From IMG/VR virus record IMGVR_UViG_3300048919_000048, positions 64,001-128,000 of that record: 64,000 bases of DNA; one strand, written 5' to 3'. Positions within the stretch are counted from its first letter, which is position 1, and every line of letters begins with the position of its first letter. The notes beneath the pieces are model-generated. The model saw only the letters and a program-made list of their open reading frames with translations. It was not told where the DNA came from and did not search any database. Source of the DNA: a virus. Both the position numbers and the translations under genes were made by a program. Shown here one piece after another: positions 53,421-63,029 of the stretch.

Positions 53421-53423
53421 AAT

Positions 53424-53450
53424 AACCGCCCTTCGGGGCGGTTTTTCTTT
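53424..53450 (+). terminator. intrinsic terminator
   Basis: AACCGCCC TTCG GGGCGGTT T-tract. Confidence 0.85.
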
Positions 53451-53459
53451 ATATCCCTA

Positions 53460-53487
53460 TTGACTCCTGCCAACCATCCTGTATACT
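53460..53487 (+). promoter_or_regulatory. sigma70 promoter
   Basis: TTGACT-16-TATACT. Confidence 0.7.
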
Positions 53488-53518
53488 ACTCACATCAAAC
53501 AACGAAAGAGGAAATATC

Positions 53519-54037
53519 ATGTCGAACAGCATTAACCTGACCTTCATCGAAAAATGGATCAACAATGTATCGATCTACCCTCCGGCAGAGATTTTCTTCC
53601 AAGCTCCAAAGAGCCAAGAGAAGAAAGAGAAGCGCTGCAAGGAGATTTGTGAGTCTCTATACCGTTTCAACTGGGAGGACTCCCCGGTGCCAAACCCAAT
53701 AGGCACTGTTCGTGAGATTGTCCGGGAGATGGTGGTGGTTGATAAACTGTTCGAATACAACCGATTCCCACCGGATTACCAGAACATCCTGAAATTGCTT
53801 GCGAGGTTTTTGAAGGCGGCATGTTATCTGATCGACCAGTTGAACGATATGCACAAAGAGCATGAGAAACTGAGCGAATGGTACTTGGAATGGCGACGTG
53901 GTCAGTTGCACATCATAATGAACGCAAACCGCTGGGGTGCTGACATCCTGCGATTGCCGACAGAGGGCGAGTACGCCGATCAGATTCAAAAACAGTTTTT
54001 AGACGACGTATCACTGACACTGAAGGAAATGGAATGA
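53519..54037 (+). CDS. hypothetical protein
   Basis: GAGGA RBS. Confidence 0.75.
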   Translation: MSNSINLTFIEKWINNVSIYPPAEIFFQAPKSQEKKEKRCKEICESLYRFNWEDSPVPNPIGTVREIVREMVVVDKLFEYNRFPPDYQNILKLLARFLKAACYLIDQLNDMHKEHEKLSEWYLEWRRGQLHIIMNANRWGADILRLPTEGEYADQIQKQFLDDVSLTLKEME

Positions 54038-54237
54038 GGACAGATATGAAATGGCGTGACCTAGCCTTGCAGTTCGATGGTCATCGTATGCAGGCTCTCT
54101 GTTTTCTGAAGCAGATTCTCGGATCTTTGCCGGAAACGGAGTTCCCAGAGGCCCGGCAGTTTTTGAAAGAAGGTCCAATCCCCGGCGAAGAGATCCTTCG
54201 TCAACGTCTACAGGAAATGATGGAGAAAATAAAATGA
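54034..54237 (+). CDS. hypothetical protein
   Basis: Coupled; WRDLALQFDGHRMQAL. Confidence 0.7.
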   Translation: MRTDMKWRDLALQFDGHRMQALCFLKQILGSLPETEFPEARQFLKEGPIPGEEILRQRLQEMMEKIK

Positions 54238-54440
54238 AATACTTCGCACTGGGCTTTTCTATCGCAGCACTGGTTGCCGTCATTATGATGGGTAATGCAC
54301 AGGCGGCACAGACGCTTGACCTGGAGGATTACTACACCGACGGCAGCGACAAGGTATGCATCTACAGCAACGGTCGAACCACTGTGGCAATCACTCACGA
54401 GGGGGGCGGTTCTTGCCCTTCCAAATACGTTAAGCACTGA
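54234..54440 (+). CDS. small secreted protein with Cys pair
   Basis: Signal peptide ending AQA; KVCIY..SCP. Confidence 0.7.
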   Translation: MKYFALGFSIAALVAVIMMGNAQAAQTLDLEDYYTDGSDKVCIYSNGRTTVAITHEGGGSCPSKYVKH

Positions 54441-54447
54441 GGTGACA

Positions 54448-54660
54448 ATGACATATTTCAAAATTAAGTCAGCGCACCTGCCGTGGCTGGAGATGGAGAT
54501 TTGCAAGGGGACGATCTTTTATCAGCACTACAGCTTCGCCACACCAGACTGGGTTCCATGCGGAGCTTACCGGGAAGGCAGTGCCAGCTATGATCGTCTG
54601 TCGGCAGAAGAGGTCAGCCGCATGATCAAAAAAGACAAAAACGTATACTGGAGGAACTGA
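54448..54660 (+). CDS. hypothetical protein
   Basis: GAGGTG RBS; MTYFKIK. Confidence 0.7.
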   Translation: MTYFKIKSAHLPWLEMEICKGTIFYQHYSFATPDWVPCGAYREGSASYDRLSAEEVSRMIKKDKNVYWRN

Positions 54661-55172
54661 TGACTTTATTCGAAGAGTACGCGATGTTGGTGTCCAACGG
54701 CAATGCTGACTTGCACAAGGACCTCCACGGGTGTTATGATGACCCACAAGTGATGTTGCTGCTGGTGGACTTTGAGCGCAAGGTGAAAGCCAATCTCTTC
54801 AGTGTATTCGACGAGATGGCTCCTGAAGGTCTCCCGGATGTTTGCTACAAAGTGGCGGATTGGTGGGACGGACGTAAGTTGCAGCGCCGGATTGTGTCGG
54901 CAGCAAATCGCTTCGAACTGAAGGACGGTGGGACTCTGGTTATCCCCGGTGCCCGTCACTACTCCCGCGATATGGCGGCGGTTATTGACCAAGTACGCGA
55001 CAAACTGGTGAATGATCATGTGCATGGGGATGACCAAGGGTTCATCGACCAGTGGGGAGAGTACCACACCCGCGAAGAAGCAGTTATCATCGCCACCCAC
55101 GCCGGACAGATTGACCGCTGGCGTCGAAAAGGTGGTCCGGCAAACGAATTATTCAGCGAGGACCTTTACTGA
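54660..55172 (+). CDS. conserved phage hypothetical protein
   Basis: GARHY..QGFIDQWG..REEA..LFSEDLY. Confidence 0.8.
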   Translation: MTLFEEYAMLVSNGNADLHKDLHGCYDDPQVMLLLVDFERKVKANLFSVFDEMAPEGLPDVCYKVADWWDGRKLQRRIVSAANRFELKDGGTLVIPGARHYSRDMAAVIDQVRDKLVNDHVHGDDQGFIDQWGEYHTREEAVIIATHAGQIDRWRRKGGPANELFSEDLY

Positions 55173-55411
55173 TGGGTAGGTTAAGGGTCGGTGAAAGTCA
55201 TGACAATCCATTTATGACTTTATCACAATTCCAGAAGTATGCGTCCCCACGCGACTGGAAATGGTTCTCCACATCGTTCTTTGAGGCGGGGTATGGAAAC
55301 GACACACCCGGCGAGGTTATGATTCACTTCTATGAGTGCAGAAACAAGTACATGTCTGAAAGATGCGCTGAAGAAATGAGCGCTTGGTACAATAAGGAGA
55401 GAGGGATTTAA
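55172..55411 (+). CDS. hypothetical protein
   Basis: TGATG coupling. Confidence 0.65.
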   Translation: MGRLRVGESHDNPFMTLSQFQKYASPRDWKWFSTSFFEAGYGNDTPGEVMIHFYECRNKYMSERCAEEMSAWYNKERGI

Positions 55412-55569
55412 TGAAAATCTGGACAATCTTTTACAAAGTTGATGGCGTTGAGAAAACGTACCAAATCCCGGCGGAAGACTATATTCACGCCCTTGTGCGC
55501 CTGGGTCAGATCTACGGCGACAAAGAAGGCAAAGATGATCGTGTAATCGTCGTGCAGAAGGTGATGTGA
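55411..55569 (+). CDS. 52-aa hypothetical protein (not in ORF track)
   Basis: TAATG coupling; MKIWTIFYKVDG... Confidence 0.65.
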   Translation: MKIWTIFYKVDGVEKTYQIPAEDYIHALVRLGQIYGDKEGKDDRVIVVQKVM

Positions 55570-55907
55570 TGGAAACTGTGACTATCGAAGTATTTGCGGT
55601 GGATATGTCGAAGGCTGTCGGGTTCCGCAAGATGGAGCCTACTGGCCCGGCGGGGCTACGATTCGGACTGTATCTTCCGGCGAAGGGTGAGAAATTGACC
55701 CGATTTGGTCAATTGGTGGATATTCTTGACGCCCATTTGATTGACAGCCCGTTGTTCCCGTGGAAGATTTCCTATATCCACATCAACCCCGGGTATTACA
55801 AAGAGGATTCCAGTATTCTGCTGGCGCAGTATCTTCCGGAGCTTCCTTTGTCGGCAGACTGCCGCATCAGTTGCCCGGCGTCCCTAATTTTTGGAGATGG
55901 ACTATGA
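55569..55907 (+). CDS. hypothetical protein
   Basis: TGATG coupling. Confidence 0.65.
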   Translation: METVTIEVFAVDMSKAVGFRKMEPTGPAGLRFGLYLPAKGEKLTRFGQLVDILDAHLIDSPLFPWKISYIHINPGYYKEDSSILLAQYLPELPLSADCRISCPASLIFGDGL

Positions 55908-56104
55908 TTAAGATTCTTTTTGCATTTCTCTATGTCGTGTTCATCGTCGCTATGAGTTGCATTATTCCGGCGATTATGATCCCGGTGTTCCAAGACTACG
56001 GGTTGTATGCCCGAGATGTGGTCGGTTTCACCCTGACGATCACCCTAATTTCTGATATAATCCTGCTCGGATTTGGGGCAGTGGTGTGGAGCGTATACGC
56101 ATGA
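55904..56104 (+). CDS. two-TM membrane protein
   Basis: MIKILFAFL; hydrophobic. Confidence 0.7.
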   Translation: MIKILFAFLYVVFIVAMSCIIPAIMIPVFQDYGLYARDVVGFTLTITLISDIILLGFGAVVWSVYA

Positions 56105-56298
56105 AAGTGATTCATCCAATCAAAAACGGCATGTTCCCGATCCAGACAGTCCTGCGGGACCTTGCTAACCAAGAGAACTGCGATGGTGATCCATATGACC
56201 AGATGTATCAGGCCGCTGATTACATCGACGATCTGGAGGCTCGCTTGGAGTTCTTCCGTGAAAAGTACAACCGACTTGCCGGGGAGTTTAACGTATGA
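56101..56298 (+). CDS. hypothetical protein
   Basis: QAADYIDDLEARL; ATGA overlap. Confidence 0.7.
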   Translation: MKVIHPIKNGMFPIQTVLRDLANQENCDGDPYDQMYQAADYIDDLEARLEFFREKYNRLAGEFNV

Positions 56299-56483
56299 GT
56301 TATGTTGCGGGTTTTTACATGATCACTCAGCGAAATGGCCTGACGCCGATCAAGTTCCGCATTGATGGTCATCAAGTCATACCGACATTCTCGTCATATC
56401 GTGAGGCATCTATGTTCGCCGACGATAACGTTCCGATGGATGTTGACTACCGTGTCACTGAAGTAGCTATTGGGAGAGCATAA
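56295..56483 (+). CDS. hypothetical protein
   Basis: GGAG RBS, coupled. Confidence 0.65.
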   Translation: MSYVAGFYMITQRNGLTPIKFRIDGHQVIPTFSSYREASMFADDNVPMDVDYRVTEVAIGRA

Positions 56484-57040
56484 TGAAAGTAACCGATAAG
56501 CATGTGTTCTTTTACTCGTGGAAGGACATGTTTAGCAATCATTACCGCAATGACCGGGCTTTCGCTTTACCGCGCCATGAGCAGGAAGGTGTGAAGTTCT
56601 ACACTGGGGAGCACATGATGATGTACGAAAAGGCCATGCTGTTTGCCGATCACAATATCGCCCGGCAGATCACAGAGGTCTTCCACCCGCAAGAGGCCAA
56701 GATGCTGGGCCGTAAGGTAAAGGGATTCAACAACGTACTGTGGGAGAAGTCCAGAGAGCAGATCGTCGAGAACGTCTGCTACTGCCGCCTGGTGTTCGAC
56801 CTCGGCCTCCGCTGCGAGGCGATACAGCACCGACTGGCGGGCCGCAGTTTCGTCGAGGCATCTGACCGGGATCGCATCTGGGGTGTGGGTCTGAGCCAAG
56901 ATCACCCGATGATTGATGACGAGGCCAACTGGCTGGGCCTGAACCTACTGGGTAAGGCGTGGGACCGGGCGACTGACGCCCTTATTGATCGCTGCGGCGG
57001 ATATGACCGTGTGAGAGGTGATTTTGCAGATCAAGCATAA
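56483..57040 (+). CDS. NADAR (YbiA-like) family protein
   Basis: FSNHY, EHMMMYEKA.LF.D, AKMLGRKV, VEAS..DRIWGVG, GLNLLGKA. Confidence 0.9.
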   Translation: MKVTDKHVFFYSWKDMFSNHYRNDRAFALPRHEQEGVKFYTGEHMMMYEKAMLFADHNIARQITEVFHPQEAKMLGRKVKGFNNVLWEKSREQIVENVCYCRLVFDLGLRCEAIQHRLAGRSFVEASDRDRIWGVGLSQDHPMIDDEANWLGLNLLGKAWDRATDALIDRCGGYDRVRGDFADQA

Positions 57041-57527
57041 GATTTGTCTAATCCCACAAACGGCGTGGGATAACAACCTTCGCTCCTACCTCACCCAAGC
57101 TGGGTGGGATAAGGTGCGCCGTAAGTGCTATGCCGAGCACAACTATACCTGCCAGATCTGTGGCGGGCAGGGTGGTAACGGAAGAAAACATCCGGTTGAG
57201 TGCCATGAAAGCTGGACATTCGAAAACGGAGAGGTTAAACTGGTCGGCCTCATGAGCCTGTGTCCGCCGTGCCATGAGTTCCACCACCCGGGACTCGCAG
57301 AGAAGAACGGGAAATTGGAAAGAGCGATCAAGCAATTCATGAAGGTCAATGGGATCAGTCGTGATCAGGCCATTGCCTATCTGAAAAGTGAGTTCGCCAC
57401 ATGGCAGCAGCGCAGCCAGCAGGAGTGGTCGCTTAACATCGACTACCTGAGTGAGTACATGGGGCCGGACTTCAAGTTCAAGCGCCCCGTCAAGGAAGAC
57501 AAGGATGATTTTGGTGATGCGTTCTAA
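57018..57527 (+). CDS. HNH-type endonuclease
   Basis: WDKVR..CQICG..ECHE.W..LCPPCH..HH. Confidence 0.75.
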   Translation: MILQIKHKICLIPQTAWDNNLRSYLTQAGWDKVRRKCYAEHNYTCQICGGQGGNGRKHPVECHESWTFENGEVKLVGLMSLCPPCHEFHHPGLAEKNGKLERAIKQFMKVNGISRDQAIAYLKSEFATWQQRSQQEWSLNIDYLSEYMGPDFKFKRPVKEDKDDFGDAF

Positions 57528-57539
57528 GAGGAGTAGGTA

Positions 57540-58652
57540 ATGGGTTATCCTGTAGTAGAAAACTTTAAGGATATTGTTACGGATGATGTTACTATTGTTC
57601 TTGATTTGGATCAGACGTGTTATGTTGCGGCGGCGGGCGCGGAAAAGCGAACCATTATCGCAACCCACATTAAGTCTGGTCGCCAGATGGAGTTCAAGAA
57701 CAAGACGGAGTTCTGGGGCCGACAGCAAACCGTAGTTGGCGGCTGGCTGAAGGACCAGAACACCAACATGGAAGCCAAAATGCTGGCGTCGGGGAAGGAA
57801 TTCAAACCTTGGACCCGTGAGGACTTCACGATCGAGGATAAGCAGACCCCGGAACCCGTGGAGAACTGCCTGCATTTGCTGAAGATCAAGATCAACGCGA
57901 TCCTTGAGCATATGGGCACAACCAATGGGCTGGGCGTCCTTGGAGGGGAAGGTAATTTCCGGCTGGTTTTACCTACTCCGGAGATCTACAAAGGGAACCG
58001 TGAGGATACTATCCGGCCGCTCCTTTTGGCAGACACTCGTGAGTATGTCCAGCGTAAATACGGCGCGATCGTCATCGACGGTATCGAGGCCGATGACTAC
58101 CTGACCATGAAGCAGTATGAAGGCTGGTTGCATTACAAAAAGACTGGCAAATTCAACTACATTGTGGCATCCTTCGATAAGGATCAGGTGCAGTGCCCGG
58201 GGCTGATCTTCAACACCATGCGCGATTCGACAGAGCGCGACTGGAAGCACCCGCTCCCGTGGCTCATTGATGACTCCATGGGTGAGATCTGGATGGAGAG
58301 CGGGAAGGTTAAGGGCTGGGGCAAGAAGTTCTTTGGCTACCAGATGCTGTTCGGTGACCAGTCGGATAACGTCAAGCCGTACCAGAACTTCGACAAGATC
58401 CGGTTTGGTGAAACATCTGCCTTCAAGGTCATCTCTCCTTGTCAGGACGAGAATGCCATGTGGGCAGCGATCGTTAATCAGTACAAGAAGTGGTTCCCTG
58501 ACGGGGTTGAGTTCACTGACCACATGGGTGTTCCTCGTAAGTTCACCGCCGGGCAGTGGGCATCGGTTATCTTCCAGGCTGTCTACATGAAGCGTACACC
58601 GGACGATAACACCACTTTGGGAAATGTTCTTCGTAAAGCGGGGGTTGTGTAA
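57540..58652 (+). CDS. 5'-3' exonuclease
   Basis: DLD, NFR..YKGNR, GIEADD, DKD, QMLFGDQSDN. Confidence 0.85.
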   Translation: MGYPVVENFKDIVTDDVTIVLDLDQTCYVAAAGAEKRTIIATHIKSGRQMEFKNKTEFWGRQQTVVGGWLKDQNTNMEAKMLASGKEFKPWTREDFTIEDKQTPEPVENCLHLLKIKINAILEHMGTTNGLGVLGGEGNFRLVLPTPEIYKGNREDTIRPLLLADTREYVQRKYGAIVIDGIEADDYLTMKQYEGWLHYKKTGKFNYIVASFDKDQVQCPGLIFNTMRDSTERDWKHPLPWLIDDSMGEIWMESGKVKGWGKKFFGYQMLFGDQSDNVKPYQNFDKIRFGETSAFKVISPCQDENAMWAAIVNQYKKWFPDGVEFTDHMGVPRKFTAGQWASVIFQAVYMKRTPDDNTTLGNVLRKAGVV

Positions 58653-58987
58653 TGAGTCAAGACGACGCCAAGGGTTTAGATTCTCGCGTCGAGGAGATGA
58701 TTAAGGCCGATGAGATCCGGGCGGCGTTTGTGCCCGGTTCCTCAAAGAACTTTTATCTCATCGAGGAGCCATGGACAATGCTTGAAGAGCCATGGCGTAT
58801 CCAGTGGTATGATAATCGTACCCGCAGCCTGTGTGAGGTTTACCCGGTGGGTGTCCCTTACCCAGGGGACAAGTACGCCATGTTCACGGTGTACGACGAG
58901 ATCAGTAAGGTCATTAAGAACTACGTGTTTTTGATGAACGAGTACCATTTTATTGCTGAGGACGAAGATGCGCTTATTGTCGATTGA
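58652..58987 (+). CDS. hypothetical protein
   Basis: TAATG coupling. Confidence 0.7.
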   Translation: MSQDDAKGLDSRVEEMIKADEIRAAFVPGSSKNFYLIEEPWTMLEEPWRIQWYDNRTRSLCEVYPVGVPYPGDKYAMFTVYDEISKVIKNYVFLMNEYHFIAEDEDALIVD

Positions 58988-59591
58988 TCAGAGTATGGCC
59001 TCCTGTGCGTATGTTGTCCTTGATGACGGGGTTCCGATCTTCAAAGAGGTCTTGCATACGACCGGGTCTGAGAAAAAGGCAGGCTCGTCTTCAGACTGGT
59101 GTTTGTTCTTCAAACACCCGGCGGAGCAGATCGCATACATCTCCCGTAAAATTGCGGATGTGTGTGAGTCTTTCGAGGTCGAGCACATCGTGCTTGAATC
59201 TTTGAGTTTCGGCTCCGCTGGCAATGCGACCCGCGATCTGGCTGGTTTATTTTTTGGAATCCAGTTGACACTGCTTCGTGATGGGTATAGCATGGACAAT
59301 ATCCACACCATCGCGCCAACGTCCGTTAAATCTTGGGCACGTAAATGGCTTCCCGGCGAAGAGCAGGAAGTTCCTAATGCGAAAGGCACCAAGATGGACA
59401 AGGTTAAGATGGGCAAAGACGAAATGATGCGTGTCTGCGAGATCCTCCACCCGGGGTTCTTGAAGGGCTATAACAAGTCCGGAAAGAATGGCGGGGCAAC
59501 TGACCTCGCTGACGCCATCCTGATTGGAGGGTGTTTCCTTGAAAGAAATGGAGATCGACTGGGTTTCGCTAAGAAGGGAAGCAACACGTAA
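58968..59591 (+). CDS. RuvC-like Holliday junction resolvase
   Basis: MRLLSIDQS, VLE, PTSVK, DLADA. Confidence 0.75.
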   Translation: MRLLSIDQSMASCAYVVLDDGVPIFKEVLHTTGSEKKAGSSSDWCLFFKHPAEQIAYISRKIADVCESFEVEHIVLESLSFGSAGNATRDLAGLFFGIQLTLLRDGYSMDNIHTIAPTSVKSWARKWLPGEEQEVPNAKGTKMDKVKMGKDEMMRVCEILHPGFLKGYNKSGKNGGATDLADAILIGGCFLERNGDRLGFAKKGSNT

Positions 59592-60222
59592 AATCGTCCT
59601 CTGCGGTGATCGGAACGACTGTGAGTATTGGCTGCACGGGCTTAGTGGTACACTGGGCCGTGACAACACCTATATCTCTCGTGCTCGTGGTAACAGGACG
59701 GAACTCTTGGTGCTCGATAAGGCGCTAAACCTCCTGTTCTTGGTGGAATTCATCAGTACGAACCAGTGGTCGTGGTACGAAAAGATGAGGGGCACCCGGT
59801 ATGACGAGGTTCTCATCACCCGGCGCGGTATGCAGAGGATGCAATACCCGGAACAACTGGCTGATACACTTTCTCGGAGGGAAAGGAATGGGACGGTATT
59901 GGAGATGTCTCTTTACTACCTCACGCAAAACGACAGCCAAGCAGTGAAAAAGTTGGGGCTGGAAACAGCCCAAAGCACTGCGCTCGATAACGGGGATGAT
60001 GTCGGAACAATGTCGGAAGAATTTGACTTCCCTGTTTCACTTTTCCGTCGAAGCATGATGGGTTATTTTGAAGATTACCGCCGTCCAACACGTGAGGAAT
60101 TTCTCTTCGCGCTGACAATGGAGAATATTAGTGGCAGTACGGCCCGGGAGAAGAAGGCGATCGAAGAGGCCCTCCTTTACGTCCAAAGTAAAGGCAACAA
60201 CGCCAATTCGAGTTCCGCTTAG
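59548..60222 (+). CDS. hypothetical protein
   Basis: Long ORF in operon; start uncertain. Confidence 0.65.
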   Translation: MEIDWVSLRREATRKIVLCGDRNDCEYWLHGLSGTLGRDNTYISRARGNRTELLVLDKALNLLFLVEFISTNQWSWYEKMRGTRYDEVLITRRGMQRMQYPEQLADTLSRRERNGTVLEMSLYYLTQNDSQAVKKLGLETAQSTALDNGDDVGTMSEEFDFPVSLFRRSMMGYFEDYRRPTREEFLFALTMENISGSTAREKKAIEEALLYVQSKGNNANSSSA

Positions 60223-60700
60223 TAAGGACAAGTGGGTTTCTGGTTCCAAGAGCATAGCGGCTTACCGCGACCAACTCCTGCTGGAGCAAGGCGGTGTTTG
60301 TGCTATCCTTGGGGAGCCTATGACGGACCCATGTTTGGACCATGATCACTATGACGGTAAGTGCCGTGGTGTGATTGGTTCCACACTGAACCTGTTTGAA
60401 GGCGGAGTCCAGAAGTTATGGGCAAAGCACATGGAAGGTAAAACAGGGTTGACAATGAGTGAGACGTTGCGTAGACTGGCAGACTACCTTGAGACTGACC
60501 AGACGCACCGTAAGTTCCACGGCGAGATTGTTGCGGATCTTAAAAAGTCACTCAAGAGGTGGACTAAGGAGACTATCGCCCGTAACGCATACCTGAACTT
60601 CGGTATCGTTATCGACGAGAACCTGGACAAGGGCGTGATGATTACCATCTACGTTACTGAGTTTGTCCGGAAATTGGAGGAAGACTATCTTTATGAGTAG
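60131..60700 (+). CDS. endonuclease VII-like protein
   Basis: QGGVCAI..LDHDH..G.CRGV..N..EG..ADYL. Confidence 0.75.
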   Translation: MAVRPGRRRRSKRPSFTSKVKATTPIRVPLSKDKWVSGSKSIAAYRDQLLLEQGGVCAILGEPMTDPCLDHDHYDGKCRGVIGSTLNLFEGGVQKLWAKHMEGKTGLTMSETLRRLADYLETDQTHRKFHGEIVADLKKSLKRWTKETIARNAYLNFGIVIDENLDKGVMITIYVTEFVRKLEEDYLYE

Positions 60701-60926
60701 CATTGATAGAAGTTTATACGCCGGGTTGGATACCCCATACATTCGATTCTTCTACCGTAACTGGAGAGGTGAATGCGGTTATCGAACCATCAAGGGTGCC
60801 CCGATGTTCTGGTACGGGGAAAGTCAGTACCATAAGGGTGCTCAGTGGTTCATCAAGGCCCACGATGTTGATAAAGACGACGTTCGTGATTTTGCCCTGG
60901 TAGACATTATCGAATTTTGTAAGTAA
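60693..60926 (+). CDS. stand-alone WYL-like domain protein
   Basis: F.Y.NWRGE..R..WFIKAHDVDKDDVRDFAL. Confidence 0.65.
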   Translation: MSSIDRSLYAGLDTPYIRFFYRNWRGECGYRTIKGAPMFWYGESQYHKGAQWFIKAHDVDKDDVRDFALVDIIEFCK

Positions 60927-60940
60927 TCGGGAGATTAATT

Positions 60941-62023
60941 TTGGCTAATGTAACTTTCACTGTTGAACAGGTTATGGCTCTGATGAAGGGTGGGTTGTCC
61001 CAACGCGAGGTGGCCCGTCAACTGGGCAAGGAATCTCAAGAGTCAACTGTACGCAACATGCTGAAGCGTGAACTGGAAGCACGTAATCTGGACTCTGTCC
61101 AAGAACTGATTGACAGCATCCCAACCCCGGACGAGTATGCTGACTTTATGCAGCAAGAGGTTAGCTCCGGAAAAACCGTAGCCGAGATCCAAAAGAGCTT
61201 CATCGATCATGTACGTGATAGCAACCCCGGCGCGAAGGTGTTCTTGGGCGACGTGGAAACATCCCCAAGCATCGCGTATTCCTTTGGTCGCTTCAAGCAA
61301 TTCATTGCTCCGAAACAGGTGATCATGGAACCGTACATGCTGACGTTTGCCGGAAAGTGGCTGCACAACCCGTCGATCTTCAGCCGCAAGCTGACTGACT
61401 ATCCGGAAGAGTTTAGCCGGGATCACCAGTCTGACCGAAAACTGATCGAAGACCTCTGGAAAGTGTTGGACGAGTGTGATATCTTCATCGCACACAATGC
61501 CCGCTTTGACCGTGGTTGGGCCAACCAGCGTTTCGCATACTACGGTATGCAGCCGCCAAGCCCATATATCACGATCGACACCCTTGCGGCGCTGAAGGAG
61601 GCGTTCTCTCTTCCTTCAAACGCACTGGAAGCAGCGTGTAACTACTTCGAGCTTGACAGCCGTAAGCTGTCTCACGAAGGTTTCGGACTGTGGCGTCGTT
61701 GTGTGGAAGGCGATCCTACCGCATTCGACGAGATGGAGGAGTACAACATCGGGGACATCCCGACGCTGGAAGAGTTGTACCTGACTGTTCGTCCGTACAT
61801 GCGTAAGCACCCGAACATCGCCCTGTTCCATCCGGATCAGTCAGTGATGCGCTGTGTGCGCTGTGGCTCCGACGACCTGGTGGAAGAGAAAGGCAAGTCT
61901 GCCCACACCTTCCTGTCCAAGTTCAAGGTGTACCGTTGTCAGGAGTGCGGATCTTGCGCTCGTGACCGTCAGAACGTTCGTGAGAAGGCAGCGATGAAGA
62001 AAACGCTGGCGAACATTCTGTAA
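60941..62023 (+). CDS. DnaQ/RNase H-like 3'-5' exonuclease with N-terminal HTH and C-terminal Zn ribbon
   Basis: DVET, AHNARFD, IDTL, YNIGD; CVRC..CQEC. Confidence 0.8.
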   Translation: MANVTFTVEQVMALMKGGLSQREVARQLGKESQESTVRNMLKRELEARNLDSVQELIDSIPTPDEYADFMQQEVSSGKTVAEIQKSFIDHVRDSNPGAKVFLGDVETSPSIAYSFGRFKQFIAPKQVIMEPYMLTFAGKWLHNPSIFSRKLTDYPEEFSRDHQSDRKLIEDLWKVLDECDIFIAHNARFDRGWANQRFAYYGMQPPSPYITIDTLAALKEAFSLPSNALEAACNYFELDSRKLSHEGFGLWRRCVEGDPTAFDEMEEYNIGDIPTLEELYLTVRPYMRKHPNIALFHPDQSVMRCVRCGSDDLVEEKGKSAHTFLSKFKVYRCQECGSCARDRQNVREKAAMKKTLANIL

Positions 62024-62025
62024 TC

Positions 62026-62055
62026 AAAGCCGCCCTTCGGGGCGGTTTTTCTTTT
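62026..62055 (+). terminator. intrinsic terminator
   Basis: GCCGCCC TTCG GGGCGGT T-tract. Confidence 0.85.
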
Positions 62056-62067
62056 GGCGAGGGGAAT

Positions 62068-62373
62068 ATGTATATTACGGCAGAAATGAAAGCGGCTCTT
62101 GACAAAAAGCAGTCCCATCGGGATAATGGTGACCAGTTCAAGTACCGTCTTTTCTATGATCCTACCTCATACTTCTTTAAGTACAAGGTTCAGGAGTTCA
62201 GGTATGTTGAGAGTGAGCCTTATGTGGGGAGACCGCTTCACAAAAAAGGATGGAAAACTCTCCGCCAGTTCGCCAGTGAGGGTAAGGCTCGGGCGGTAAT
62301 TGATGAGCTTGAGCGTATTAACGGTTATTTGGCTAAAAAGCCGTCTTGGTACAAAGAGGAGTTTGAGCAATAA
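62068..62373 (+). CDS. hypothetical protein
   Basis: GAGG RBS. Confidence 0.7.
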   Translation: MYITAEMKAALDKKQSHRDNGDQFKYRLFYDPTSYFFKYKVQEFRYVESEPYVGRPLHKKGWKTLRQFASEGKARAVIDELERINGYLAKKPSWYKEEFEQ

Positions 62374-63029
62374 TGATCCTGATTAATCTGAATGCCCCGG
62401 CGGGCGCTGGAAAAGATGCCCTGTGCGCCGAAATCGAGCAGTATGTGAATACCCCGGGATACGAAGTGATCCACATGGAATTCAAAGAACTGCTGTTCGA
62501 CATCGCCATCCGAGCATCCGGCGTCAGCCGTAAGCTGTGGTTTGCACTGTATGAGCGCGAGTACAAGGAAAAGCCTTGCCCTTACCTGCAAATCAATGGT
62601 GTTAACGTGAGTCCACGTGACTGGATGATCCACTGCTCCGAAAACATCATGAAGCCGACATTCGGCAACGATGTGTTTGGGAAGGCATTTGCCGCCAAGC
62701 TGAAAAAGCTGAAGGAAGAGACTCCGAAGGGGATTAAGCGTATTGTGGTGGTTAGCGATGGCGGGTTCATCGAAGAGTCCATTCCGGTTGTTGAAGTGGT
62801 TGGCCCGGACAATTATTTCCTGTGCCGAATCCACCGACTGAAACCAGATGGGACGGAATATAACTTCGACGGTGACTCTCGCAGATACATCAGCGCGGAT
62901 GAGTTCCCGGCGGATCTCCGTCCGTATGAAACGGACATTCTGAACGAAGAGGGTGACCTGATCGGAACGGTGGTCAAGATCTTTGACTTTGTACAAGACA
63001 TTAAAGGAGTTGGATTGAATGGCGCATAA
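62373..63029 (+). CDS. deoxynucleoside monophosphate kinase
   Basis: NAPAGAGKD P-loop, KEKP, SPR, VSDGGF.EE, GDSR. Confidence 0.8.
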   Translation: MILINLNAPAGAGKDALCAEIEQYVNTPGYEVIHMEFKELLFDIAIRASGVSRKLWFALYEREYKEKPCPYLQINGVNVSPRDWMIHCSENIMKPTFGNDVFGKAFAAKLKKLKEETPKGIKRIVVVSDGGFIEESIPVVEVVGPDNYFLCRIHRLKPDGTEYNFDGDSRRYISADEFPADLRPYETDILNEEGDLIGTVVKIFDFVQDIKGVGLNGA

